DNA of 64,000 nucleotides, from positions 9,734,001-9,798,000 of the forward strand of contig OZ024740.1 in assembly GCA_964016885.1 (NCBI GenBank), read 5' to 3'. The position numbers were made by a program, and so were the translations under genes. Origin of the DNA: Eledone cirrhosa. Lineage: Eukaryota. The notes below the pieces were generated by a model that did not search any database, was not told where the DNA came from, and worked only from the letters and a program-made list of their open reading frames with translations. This document shows, in pieces, positions 22,801-35,785 of the stretch (positions are counted from its first letter, which is position 1; every line of letters starts with the position of its first letter).

Positions 22801-25800
22801 ATGTGACCTCTGGTCATCTGGTGTAGGTTTGTCACCAGACTGAGAGAGGGGTGCTGGTGATAGTCTTGTGGTTGATGTGACCTCTGGTCATCTGGTTTAG
22901 GTTTGTTACCAGACTGAGAGAGAGGTGCTGGTGGTAGTCTTGTGGTTTATGTGACCTCTGGTCATCTGGTGTAGGTTTGTCACCAGACTGAGAGAGGGGT
23001 GCTGGTGGTAGTCGTGTGGTTGATGTGACCACTGGTCATCTGGTTTAGGTTTGTCACCAGACTGAGAGAGGGGTGCTGGTGGTAGTCTTGTGGTTGATGT
23101 GACCACTGGTCATCTGGTTTAGGTTTGTCACCAGACTGAGAGAGAGAGAGGGGTGCTGGTGGTAGTCTTGTGGTTGATGTGACCTCTGGTCATCTGGTTT
23201 AGGCTTGTCACCAGACTGAGAGAGAGGTGCTGGAGGTAGTCATGTGGTTGATGTGACCACTGGTCATCTGGTTTAGGCTTGTCACCAGACTGAGAGAGGG
23301 GTGCTGGGAGTAGTCTTGTGGTTGATGTGACCACTGGTCATCTGATTTAGGCTTGTCACCAGACTGAGAGAGGGGTGCTGGTGGTAGTCTTGTGGTTGAT
23401 GTGACCACTGGTCATCTGGTTTAAGCTTGTCACCAGACTGAGAGTGGGGTGCTGGTGGTAGTCTTGTGGTTGATGTGACCACTGGTCATCTGGTTTAGGC
23501 TTGTCACCAGACTGAGAGAGGGGTGCTGGTGGTAGTCTTGTGGTTGATGTGACCACTGGTCATCTGGTTTAGGCTTGTCACCAGACTGAGAGAGGGGTGC
23601 TGGTGGTAGTCTTGTGGTTGATGTGACCACTGGTCATCTGGTTTAGGCTTGTCACCAGACTGAGAGAGAGGTGCTGGTGGTAGTCTTGTGGTTGATGTGA
23701 CCACTGGTCATCTGGTTTAGGCTTGTCACCAGACTGAGAGAGAGGTGCTGGTGGTAGTCGTGTGGTTGATGTGACCACTGGTCATCTGGTTTAGGCTTGT
23801 CACCAGACTGAGAGAGAGGTGCTGGTGGTAGTCGTGTGGTTGATGTGACCACTGGTCATCTGGTTTAGGCTTGTCACCAGACTGAGAGAGGGTTACTGGT
23901 GGTAGTCTTGTGGTTGATGTGACCTCTGGTCATCTGGTTTAGGCTTGTCACCAGACTGAGAGAGGGTTACTGGTGGTAGTCTTGTGGTTGGTGTGACCTC
24001 TGGTCATCTGGTTTAGGCTTGTCACCAGACTGAGTGAGAGGTGCTGGTGTTAGTCGTGTGGTTGATGTGACCACTGGTCATCTGGTTTAGGCTTGTCACC
24101 AGACTGAGAGAGGGGTGCTGGTGGTAGTCTTGCGGTTGATGTGACCACTGGTCATCTAGTCTAGGTTTGTCACCAGACTGAGAGAGAGGTGCTGGTGGTA
24201 GTCGTGTGGTTGATGTGATCTCTGGTCATCTGGTTTAGGCTTGTCACCAGACTGAGAGAGGGGTGCTGGTGGTAGTCTTGCGGTTGATGTGACCACTGGT
24301 CATCTGGTTTAGGTATGTTTACCAGACTGAGAGAGGGGTGCTGGTTGTAGTCTTGTGGTTGATGTGACCACTGGTCATCTGGTTTAGGTATGTTTACCAG
24401 ACTGAGAGAGGGGTGCTGGTTGTAGTCTTGTGGTTGATGTGACCACTGGTCATCTGGTTTAGGTTTGTCACCATACTGAGAGAGGGGTGCTTGTGGTAGT
24501 CTTGTGGTTGATGTGACCACTGGTCATCTGGTTTAGGTTTGTCACCATACTGAGAGAGGGGTGCTGGTGGTAGTCGTGTGGTTGATGTGATCTCTGGTCA
24601 TCTGGTTTAGGCTTGTCACCAGACTGAGAGAGGGGTGCTGGTGGTAGTCTTGCGGTTGATGTGACCACTGGTCATCTGGTTTAGGTATGTTTACCAGACT
24701 GAGAGAGGGGTGCTGGTTGTAGTCTTGTGGTTGATGTGACCACTGGTCATCTGGTTTAGGTATGTTTACCAGACTGAGAGAGGGGTGCTGGTTGTAGTCT
24801 TGTGGTTGATGTGACCACTGGTCATCTGGTTTAGGTTTGTCACCATACTGAGAGAGGGGTGCTTGTGGTAGTCTTGTGGTTGATGTGACCACTGGTCATC
24901 TGGTTTAGGTTTGTCACCATACTGAGAGAGGGGTGCTGGTGGTAGTCTTGTGGTTGATGTGACCACTGGTCAACTGGTTTAGGTTTGTCACCAGACTGAG
25001 AAAGGGGTGCTGGTGATAGTCTTGTGGTTGATGTGACCACTGGTCATCTGGTTTAGGTTTGTCACCAGACTGAGAAAGGGGTGCTGGTGGTAGTCTTGTG
25101 GTTGACGTGACCACTGGTCATCTAGTTTAGGCTTGTCACCAGACTGAGAGAGAAGTGCTGGTGGTAGTCTTGTGGTTGATGTGACCACTGGTCATCTGGT
25201 TTAGGCTTGTCACCAGACTGAGAGAGAGGTGCTGGTGGTAGTCTTGTGGTTGATGTGACCACTGGTCATCTGGTTTAGGCTTGTCACCAGAGTGAGAAAG
25301 GGGTGCTGGTGGTAGTCTTGTGGTTGATGTGACCACTGGTCATCTGGTTTAAGCTAGTCACCAGACTGAGAAAGGGGTGCTGGTGGTAGTCTTTTGGTTG
25401 ATGTGACCACTGGTCATCTGGTCTAGGCTTGTCACCAGACTGAGAGAGAGGTGCTGGTGGTAGTCTTGTGGTTGATGTGACCACTGGTCATCTGGTTTAG
25501 GCTTGTCACCAGACTGAGAGAGAAGTGCTGGTGGTAGTCTTGTGGTTGATGTGACCACTGGTCATCTGGTTTAGGCTTGTCACCAGACTGAGAGAAATGC
25601 TGGTGGTAGTCTTGTGGTTGATGTGACCACTGGTCATATGGTCTAAGCTTGTCACCAGACTGAGAAAGGGATGCTGGTGGTAGTCTTGTGGTTGATGTGA
25701 CCACTGGTCATCTAGTATAGGTTTGTCACCAAACTGAGAGAGAGGTGCTGGTGGTAGTCGTGTGGTTGATGTGACCACTGGTCATCTGGTTTAGGTTTGT

Positions 25801-26353
25801 CACCAGACTGAGAGAGGGGTGCTGGTGGTAGTCGTGTGGTTGATGTAACCACTGGTCATCTGGTTTAGGTTTGTCACCACACTGAGAGAGGGGTGCTGGT
25901 GGTAGTCTTGTGGTTGATGTGACCACTGGTCATCTGGTGTAGGTTTGTCACCAGACTGAGAGAGGGGTGCTGGTAATAGTCTTGTGGTTGATGTGACCAC
26001 TGGTCATCTGGTTTAGGTTTGTTACCAGACTGAGAGAGAGGTGCTGGTGGTAGTCTTGTGGTTGATGTGACCACTGGTCATCTGGTTTAGGCTTGTCACC
26101 AGACTGAGAGAGGGTTTCTGGTGGTAGTCTTGTGGTTGATGTGACCACTGGTCATCTGGTTTAGGCTTGTCACCAGACTGAGAGAGAGGTGCTGGTGGTT
26201 GTCTTGTGGTTGATGTGACCTCTGGTCATCTGGTTTAGGTTTTGCACCAGACTGAGAGTGGGGTGCTGGTGATAGTCTTGTGGTTGATGTGACCACTGGT
26301 CATCTGGTTTAGGCTTGTCACCAGACTGAGAGAGGGTGCTGGTGGTAGTCTTG

Positions 26354-29300
26354 TGGTTGATGTGACCACTGGTCATCTGGTTTAGGCTTGCACCAGACTG
26401 ATGGAGGGGTGCTGGTGGTAGTCTTGTGGTTTATGTGACCACTGGTCATCTGTTTTAGACTTGTCACCAGACTGAGAGAGGGGTGCTAGTGGTAGTCTTG
26501 TGGTTGATGTGACCACTGGTCATCTGGTTTAGGTTTGTCACCAGACTGAGAGAGGGGTGGTGGTGGTGGTCTTGTGGTTGATGTGACCACTGGTCATCTG
26601 GTTTAGGTTTGTCACCAGACTGAGAGAGGGGTGCTGGTGGTAGTCTTGTGTTTGATGTGACCACTGGTCATTTGGTTTAGGTTTGTCACCAGACTGAGAG
26701 AGGGGTGCTGGTGGTAGTCTTGTGGTTGATGTGACCACTGGTCATCTGGTTTAGGCTTGTCACCAGACTGAGAGAGGGGTGCTGGTGGTAGTCTTGTGGT
26801 TGATGTAACCACTGGTCATCTGGTTTAGGTTTGTCACCAGACTGAGGAAGGCGTGCTGGTGGTAGTCTTGTGGTTGATGTGACCACTGGTCATCTGGTTT
26901 AGGCTTGTCACCAGACTGAGAGTGGGGTGCTGGTGGTAGTCTTGTGGTTGATGTGACCTCTGGTCATCTGGTTTAGGCTTGTCACCAGACTGAGAGAGAG
27001 GTGCTGGTGGTAGTCTTGTGGTTGATGTGACCACTGGTGTTCTGGTTTAGGTTTGTCACCAGACTGAGAAAGGGGTGCTGGTGGTAGTCTTGTGGTTGAT
27101 GTGACCACTGGTCATCTGGTTTAGGCTTTTCACCGGACTGAGAGAGGTGTGCTGGTGGTAGTCTTGTGGTTGATGTGACCACTGGTCATCTGGTTTAGGC
27201 TTGTCACCAGACTGAGAGAGAGGTGCTGGTGGTAGTCTTGTGGTTGATGTGACCACTGGTCATCTGGTTTAGGCTTGTCACCAGACTGAGAGAGGGGTGC
27301 TGGTGGTAGTCTTGTGGTTGATGTGACCACTGGTCATCTGGTTTAGGTTTGTCACCAGACTGAGAAAGGAGTGCTGGTGGTAGTCTTGTGGTTGATGTGA
27401 CCACTGGTCATCTGGTTTAGGCTTGTCACCAGACAGAGAGAGAGGTGCTGGTGGTTGTCTTGTGGTTGATGTGACCTCTGGTCATCTGGTTTAGGCTTGT
27501 CACCAGACTGAGAGAGAGGTGCTGGTGGTAGTCTTGTGGTTGATGTGACCACTGGTGTTCTGGTTTAGGTTTGTCACCAGACTGAGAAAGGGGTCCTGGT
27601 GGTAGTCGTGTGGTTGATGTGACCACTGGTCATCTGGTTTAGGCTTGTCACCAGACTTAGAGAGGGTTACTGGTGGTAGTCTTGTGGTTGGTGTGACCTC
27701 TGGTCATCTGGTTTAGGCTTGTCACCAGACTGAGAGAGAGGTGCCGGTGTTAGTCGTGTGGTTGATGTGACCACTGGTCATCTGGTTTAGGTTTGTCACC
27801 AGACTGAGAGAGGGGTGCTGGTGGTAGTCTTGCGGTTGATGTGACCACTGGTCATCTAGTCTAGGTTTGTCACCAGACTGAGAGAGAGGTGCTGGTGGTA
27901 GTCGTGTGGTTGATGTGATCTCTGGTCATCTGGTTTAGGCTTGTCACCAGACTGAGAGAGGGGTGCTGGTGGTAGTCTTGCGGTTGATGTGACCACTGGT
28001 CATCTGGTTTAGGTATGTTTACCAGACTGAGAGAGGGGTGCTGGTTGTAGTCTTGCGGTTGATGTGACCACTGGTCATCTAGTCTAGGTTTGTCACCAGA
28101 CTGAGAGAGAGGTGCTGGTGGTAGTCGTGCGGTTGATGTGACCACTGGTCATCTAGTCTAGGTTTGTCACCAGACTGAGAGAGAGGTGCTGGTGGTAGTC
28201 TTGCGGTTGATGTGACCACTGGTCATCTGGTTTAGGTATGTTTACCAGACTGAGAGAGGGGTGCTGGTTGTAGTCTTGTGGTTGATGTGACCGCTGGTCA
28301 TCTGGTTTAGGTTTGTCACCATACTGAGAGAGGGGTGCTTGTGGTAGTCTTGTGGTTGATGTGACCACTGGTCATCTGGTTTAGGTTTGTCACCATACTG
28401 AGAGAGGGGTGCTGGTGGTAGTCTTGTGGTTGATGTGACCACTGGTCAACTGGTTTAGGTTTGTCACCAGACTGAGAAAGGGGTGCTGGTGATAGTCTTG
28501 TGGTTGATGTGACCACTGCTCATCTGGTTTAGGTTTGTCACCAGACTGAGAAAGGGGTGCTGGTGGTAGTCTTGTGGTTGACGTGACCACTGGTCATCTG
28601 GTTTAGGCTTGTCACCAGACTGAGAGAGGGGTGCTGGTGGTAGTCTTGTGGTTGATGTGACCACTGGTCATCTGGTTTAGGCTTGTCACCAGACTGAGAG
28701 AGGGGTGCTGGTGGTAGTCGTGTGGTTGATGTGACCACTGGTCATCTGGTTTAGGCTTGTCACCAGACTGAGAGAGAGGTGCTGGTGGTAGTCTTGCGGT
28801 TGATGTGACCACTGGTCATCTGGTTTACGCTTGTCACCAGACTGAGAGAGAGGTATTGGTGGTAGTCTTGTGGTTGATGTGACCACTGGTCATCTGGTTT
28901 AGGCTTGTCACCAGACTGAGAGAGGGGTGCTGGTGGTAGTCGTGTGGTTGATGTGACCACTGGTCATCTGGTTTAGGCTTGTCACCAGACTGAGAGAGAG
29001 GTGCTGGTGGTAGTCTTGCGGTTGATGTGACCACTGGTCATCTGGTTTAGGCTTGTCACCAGACTGAGAGAGAGGTATTGGTGGTAGTCTTGTGGTTGAT
29101 GTGACCACTGGTCATCTGGTTTAGGCTTGTCACCAGACTGAGAGAGAGGTGCTGGTGGTAGTCGTGTGGTTGATGTGACCACTGGTCATCTGGTTTAGGC
29201 TTGTCACCAGACTGAGAGAGAGGTGCTGGTGGTAGTCGTGTGGTTGATGTGACCACTGGTCATCTGGTTTAGGCTTGTCACCAGACTGAGAGAGGGGTGC

Positions 29301-32300
29301 TGGTGATAGTCTTGTGGTTGATGTGACCACTGGTCATCTGGTTTAGGCTTGTCACCAGACTGAGAGAGAGGTGCTGGTGGTAGTCGTGTGGTTGATGTGA
29401 CTACTGATCATCTGGTTTAGGCTTGTCACCAGACTGAGAGAGGGTTACTGGTGGTAGTCTTGTGGTTGATGTGACCTCTGGTCATCTGGTTTAGGCTTGT
29501 CACCAGACTGAGAGAGGGTTACTGGTGGTAGTCTTGTGGTTGGTGTGACCTCTGGTCATCTGGTTTAGGCTTGTCACCAGACTGAGAGAGAGGTGCTGGT
29601 GTTAGTCGTGTGGTTGATGTGACCACTGGTCATCTGGTTTAGGTTTGTCACCAGACTGAGAGAGGGGTGCTGGTGGTAGTCTTGCGGTTGATGTGACCAC
29701 TGGTCATCTAGTCTAGGTTTGTCACCAGACTGAGAGAGAGGTGCTGGTGGTAGTCGTGTGGTTGATGTGATCTCTGGTCATCTGGTTTAGGCTTGTCACC
29801 AGACTGAGAGAGGGGTGCTGGTGGTAGTCTTGCGGTTGATGTGACCACTGGTCATCTAGTCTAGGTTTGTCACCAGACTGAGAGAGAGGTGCTGGTGGTA
29901 GTCTTGTGGTTGATGTGACCTCTGGTCATCTGGTTTAGGCTTGTCACCAGACTGAGAGAGGGTTACTGGTGGTAGTCTTGTGGTTGGTGTGACCTCTGGT
30001 CATCTGGTTTAGGCTTGTCACCAGACTGAGAGAGAGGTGCTGGTGTTAGTCGTGTGGTTGATGTGACCACTGGTCATCTGGTTTAGGTATGTTTACCAGA
30101 CTGAGAGAGGGGTGCTGGTTGTAGTCTTGTGGTTGATGTGACCACTGGTCATCTGGTTTAGGTTTGTCACCATACTGAGAGAGGGGTGCTTGTGGTAGTC
30201 TTGTGGTTGATGTGACCACTGGTCATCTGGTTTAGGTTTGTCACCATACTGAGAGAGGGGTGCTGGTGGTAGTCTTGTGGTTGATGTGACCACTGGTCAA
30301 CTGGTTTAGGTTTGTCACCAGACTGAGAAAGGGGTGCTGGTGATAGTCTTGTGGTTGATGTGACCACTGGTCATCTGGTTTAGGTTTGTCACCAGACTGA
30401 GAAAGGGGTGCTGGTGGTAGTCTTGTGGTTGACGTGACCACTGGTCATCTGGTTTAGGCTTGTCACCAGACTGAGAGAGAAGTGCTGGTGGTAGTCTTGT
30501 GGTTGATGTGACCACTGGTCATCTGGTTTAGGCTTGTCACCAGACTGAGAGAGAGGTGCTGGTGGTAGTCTTGTGGTTGATGTGACCACTGGTCATCTGG
30601 TTTAGGCTTGTCACCAGAGTGAGAAAGGGGTGCTGGTGGTAGTCTTGTGGTTGATGTGACCACTGGTCATCTGGTTTAAGCTTGTCACCAGACTGAGAAA
30701 GGGGTGCTGGTGGTAGTCTTTTGGTTGATGTGACCACTGGTCATCTGGTCTAGGCTTGTCACCAGACTGAGAGAGAGGTGCTGGTGGTAGTCTTGTGGTT
30801 GATGTGACCACTGGTCATCTGGTTTAGGCTTGTCACCAGACTGAGAGAGAAGTGCTGGTGGTAGTCTTGTGGTTGATGTGACCACTGGTCATCAGGTTTA
30901 GGCTTGTCACCAGACTGAGAGAGAGGTGCTGGTGGTAGTCTTGTGGTTGATGTGACCACTGGTCATATGGTCTAGGCTTGTCACCAGACTGAGAAAGGGA
31001 TGCTGGTGGTAGTCTTGTGGTTGATGTGACCACTGGTCATCTAGTATAGGTTTGTCACCAAACTGAGAGAGAGGTGCTGGTGGTAGTCGTGTGGTTGATG
31101 TCACCACTGGTCATCTGGTTTAGGTTTGTCACCAGACTGAGAGAGGGGTGCTGGTGGTAGTCGTGTGGTTGATGTAACCACTGGTCATCTGGTTTAGGTT
31201 TGTCACCAGACTGAGAGAGAGGTGCTGGTGGTAGTCTTGCGGTTGATGTGACCACTGGTCATCTAGTCTAGGTTTGTCACCAGACTGAGAGAGAGGTGCT
31301 GGTGGTAGTCGTGTGGTTGATGTGATCTCTGGTCATCTGGTTTAGGCTTGTCACCAGACAGAGAGAGGGGTGCTGGTGGTAGTCTTGTGGTTGATGTGAC
31401 CTCTGGTCATTTGGTTTAGGTTTTGCACCAGACTGAGAGTGGGGTGCTGGTGATAGTCTTGTGGTTGATGTGACCACTGGTCATCTGGTTTAGGCTTGTC
31501 ACCAGACTGAGAGAGGGTGCTGGTGGTAGTCTTGTGGTTGATGTGACCACTGGTCATCTGGTTTAGGCTTGTCACCAGACTGAGAGAGGGGTGCTGGTGG
31601 TAGTCTTGTGGTTTATGTCACCACTGGTCATCTGGTTTAGACTTGTCACCAGACTGAGAGAGGGGTGCTGGTGGTAGTCTTGTGGTTGATGTGACCACTG
31701 GTCATCTGGTTTAGGCTTGTCACCAGACTGAGAGAGGGTGCTGGTGGTAGTCTTGTGGTTGATGTGACCACTGGTCATCTGGTTTAGGCTTGTCACCAGA
31801 CTGAGAGAGGGGTGCTGGTGGTAGTCTTGTGGTTTATGTCACCACTGGTCATCTGGTTTAGACTTGTCACCAGACTGAGAGAGGGGTGCTGGTGGTAGTC
31901 TTGTGGTTGATGTGACCACTGGTCATCTGGTTTAGGCTTGTCACCAGACTGAGAGAGGGGTGCTGGTGGTAGTCGTGTGGTTGATGTGACCACTGGTCAT
32001 CTGGTTTAGGTTTGTCACCAGACTGAGAGAGAGGTGCTGGTGGTAGTCTTGCGGTTGATGTGACCACTGGTCATCTGGTTTAGGCTTGTCACCAGACTGA
32101 GAGAGGGGTGCTGGTGGTAGTCGTGTGGTTGATGTGACCACTGGTCATCTGGTTTAGGCTTGTCACCAGACTGAGAGAGAGGTGCTGGTGGTAGTCTTGC
32201 GGTTGATGTGACCACTGGTCATCTGGTTTAGGCTTGTCACCAGACTGAGAAAGAGGTATTGGTGGTAGTCTTGTGGTTGATGTGACCACTGGTCATCTGG

Positions 32301-35300
32301 TTTAGGCTTGTCACCAGACTGAGAGAGGGGTGCTGGTGGTAGTCGTGTGGTTGATGTGACCACTGGTCATCTGGTTTAGGCTTGTCACCAGACTGAGAGA
32401 GAGGTGCTGGTGGTAGTCTTGCGGTTGATGTGACCACTGGTCATCTGGTTTAGGCTTGTCACCAGACTGAGAGAGAGGTATTGGTGGTAGTCTTGTGGTT
32501 GATGTGACCACTGGTCATCTAGTCTAGGTTTGTCACCAGACTGAGAGAGAGGTGCTGGTGGTAGTCTTGTGGTTGATGTGACCTCTGGTCATCTGGTTTA
32601 GGCTTGTCACCAGACTGAGAGAGGGTTACTGGTGGTAGTCTTGTGGTTGGTGTGACCTCTGGTCATCTGGTTTAGGCTTGTCACCAGACTGAGAGAGAGG
32701 TGCTGGTGTTAGTCGTGTGGTTGATGTGACCACTGGTCATCTGGTTTAGGTATGTTTACCAGACTGAGAGAGGGGTGCTGGTTGTAGTCTTGTGGTTGAT
32801 GTGACCACTGGTCATCTGGTTTAGGTTTGTCACCATACTGAGAGAGGGGTGCTTGTGGTAGTCTTGTGGTTGATGTGACCACTGGTCATCTGGTTTAGGT
32901 TTGTCACCATACTGAGAGTGGGGTGCTGGTGGTAGTCTTGTGGTTGATGTGACCACTGGTCATCTGGTTTAGGCTTGTCACCAGACTGAGAAAGGGGTGC
33001 TGGTGGTATTCTTGTGGTTGATGTGACCACTGGTCAACTGGTTTAGGTTTGTCACCAGACTGAGAAAGGGGTGCTGGTGATAGTCTTGTGGTTGATGTGA
33101 CCACTGGTCATCTGGTTTAGGTTTGTCACCAGACTGAGAAAGGGGTGCTGGTGGTATTCTTGTGGTTGACGTGACCACTGGTCATCTGGTTTAGGCTTGT
33201 CACCAGACTGAGAGAGAAGTGCTGGTGGTAGTCTTGTGGTTGATGTGACCACTGGTCATCTGGTTTAGGCTTGTCACCAGACTGAGAGAGAGGTGCTGGT
33301 GGTAGTCTTGTGGTTGATGTGACCACTGGTCATCTGGTTTAGGCTTGTCACCAGAGTGAGAAAGGGGTGCTGGTGGTAGTCTTGTGGTTGATGGGACCAC
33401 TGGTCATCTGGTTTTAGCTTGTCACCAGACTGAGAAAGGGGTGCTGGTGGTAGTCTTTTGGTTGATGTGACCACTGGTCATCTGGTCTAGGCTTGTCACC
33501 AGACTGAGAGAGAGGTGCTGGTGGTAGTCTTGTGGTTGATGTGACCACTGGTCATCTGGTTTAGGCTTGTCACCAGACTGAGAGAGAAGTGCTGGTGATA
33601 GTCTTGTGGTTGATGTGACCACTGGTCATCTGGTTTAGGCTTGTCACCAGACTGAGAGAGAGGTGCTGGTGGTAGTCTTGTGGTTGATGTGACCACTGGT
33701 CATATGGTCTAGGCTTGTCACCAGACTGAGAAAGGGATGCTGGTGGTAGTCTTGTGGTTGATGTGACCACTGGTCATCTAGTATAGGTTTGTCACCAAAC
33801 TGAGAGAGAGGTGCTGGTGGTAGTCGTCTGGTTGATGTGACCACTGGTCATCTGGTTTAGGTTTGTCACCAGACTGAGAGAGGGGTGCTGGTGGTAGTCG
33901 TGTGGTTGATGTAACCACTGGTCATCTGGTTTAGGTTTGTCACCACACTGAGAGAGGGGTGCTGGTGGTAGTCTTGTGGTTGATGTGACCACTGGTCATC
34001 TGGTTTAGGCTTGTCACCAGACTGAGAGAGAGGTACTGGTGGTAGTCGTGTGGTTGATGTGACTACTGCCATCTGGTTTAGGCTTGTCACCAGACTGAGA
34101 GAGGGTTACTGGTGGTAGTCTTGTGGTTGATGTGACCTCTGGTCATCTGGTTTAGGCTTGTCACCAGACTGAGAGAGGGTTACTGGTGGTAGTCTTGTGG
34201 TTGGTGTGACCTCTGGTCATCTGGTTTAGGCTTGTCACCAGACTGAGAGAGAGGTGCTGGTGTTAGTCGTGTGGTGGATGTGACCACTGGTCATCTGGTT
34301 TAGGTTTGTCACCAGACTGAGAGAGGGGTGCTGGTGGTAGTCTTGCGGTTAATGTGACCACTGGTCATCTAGTCTAGGTTTGTCACCAGACTGAGAGAGA
34401 GGTGCTGGTGGTAGTCGTGTGGCTGATGTGATCTCTGGTCATCTGGTTTAGGCTTGTCACCAGACTGAGAGAGGGGTGCTGGTGGTAGTTTTGCGGTTGA
34501 TGTGACCACTGGTCATCTAGTCTAGGTTTGTCACCAGACTGAGAGAGAGGTGCTGGTGGTAGTCTTGTGGTTGATGTGACCTCTGGTCATCTGGTTTAGG
34601 CTTGTCACCAGACTGAGAGAGGGTTACTGGTGGTAGTCTTGTGGTTGGTGTGACCTCTGGTCATCTGGTTTAGGCTTGTCACCAGACTGAGAGAGAGGTG
34701 CTGGTGTTAGTCGTGTGGTTGATGTGACCACTGGTCATCTGGTTTAGGTATGTTTACCAGACTGAGAGAGGGGTGCTGGTTGTAGTCTTGTGGTTGATGT
34801 GACCACTGGTCATCTGGTTTAGGTTTGTCACCATACTGAGAGAGGGGTGCTTGTGGTAGTCTTGTGGTTGATGTGACCACTGGTCATCTGGTTTAGGTTT
34901 GTCACCATACTGAGAGTGGGGTGCTGGTGGTAGTCTTGTGGTTGATGTGACCACTGGTCAACTGGTTTAGGTTTCTCACCAGACTGAGAAAGGGGTGCTG
35001 GTGATAGTCTTGTGGTTGATGTGACCACTGGTCATCTGGTTTAGGTTTGTCACCAGACTGAGAAAGGGGTGCTGGTGGTATTCTTGTGGTTGACGTGACC
35101 ACTGGTCATCTGGTTTAGGCTTGTCACCAGACTGAGAGAGAAGTGCTGGTGGTAGTCTTGTGGTTGATGTGACCACTGGTCATCTGGTTTAGGCTTGTCA
35201 CCAGACTGAGAGAGAGGTGCTGGTGGTAGTCTTGTGGTTGATGTGACCACTGGTCATCTGGTTTAGGCTTGTCACCAGAGTGAGAAAGGGGTGCTGGTTG

Positions 35301-35785
35301 TAGTCTTGTGGTTGATGGGACCACTGGTCATCTGGTTTTAGCTTGTCACCAGACTGAGAAAGGGGTGCTGGTGGTAGTCTTTTGGTTGATGTGACCACTG
35401 GTCATCTGGTCTAGGCTTGTCACCAGACTGAGAGAGAGGTGCTGGTGGTAGTCTTGTGGTTGATGTGACCACTGGTCATCTGGTTTAGGCTTGTCACCAG
35501 ACTGAGAGAGAAGTGCTGGTGGTAGTCTTGTGGTTGATGTGACCACTGGTCATCTGGTTTAGGCTTGTCACCAGACTGAGAGAGAGGTGCTGGTGGTAGT
35601 CTTGTGGTTGATGTGACCACTGGTCATATGGTCTAGGCTTGTCACCAGACTGAGAAAGGGATGCTGGTGGTAGTCTTGTGGTTGATGTGACCACTGGTCA
35701 TCTAGTATAGGTTTGTCACCAAACTGAGAGAGAGGTGCTGGTGGTAGTCGTCTGGTTGATGTGACCACTGGTCATCTGGTTTAGG
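26354..35785. repeat. Copy 1 of a 9,399-bp (127-monomer) tandem segmental duplication
   Basis: Rare variants recur at a fixed +9,399 offset: 'cttgcaccagactgatgg' 26387/35786, 'gggtcctgg' 27591/36990, 'ttacgctt' 28825/38224, 'ctactgccatc' ~34063/43462. ORF pairs 26464/35863 through 35568/44967 show the same offset. Confidence 0.96.
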
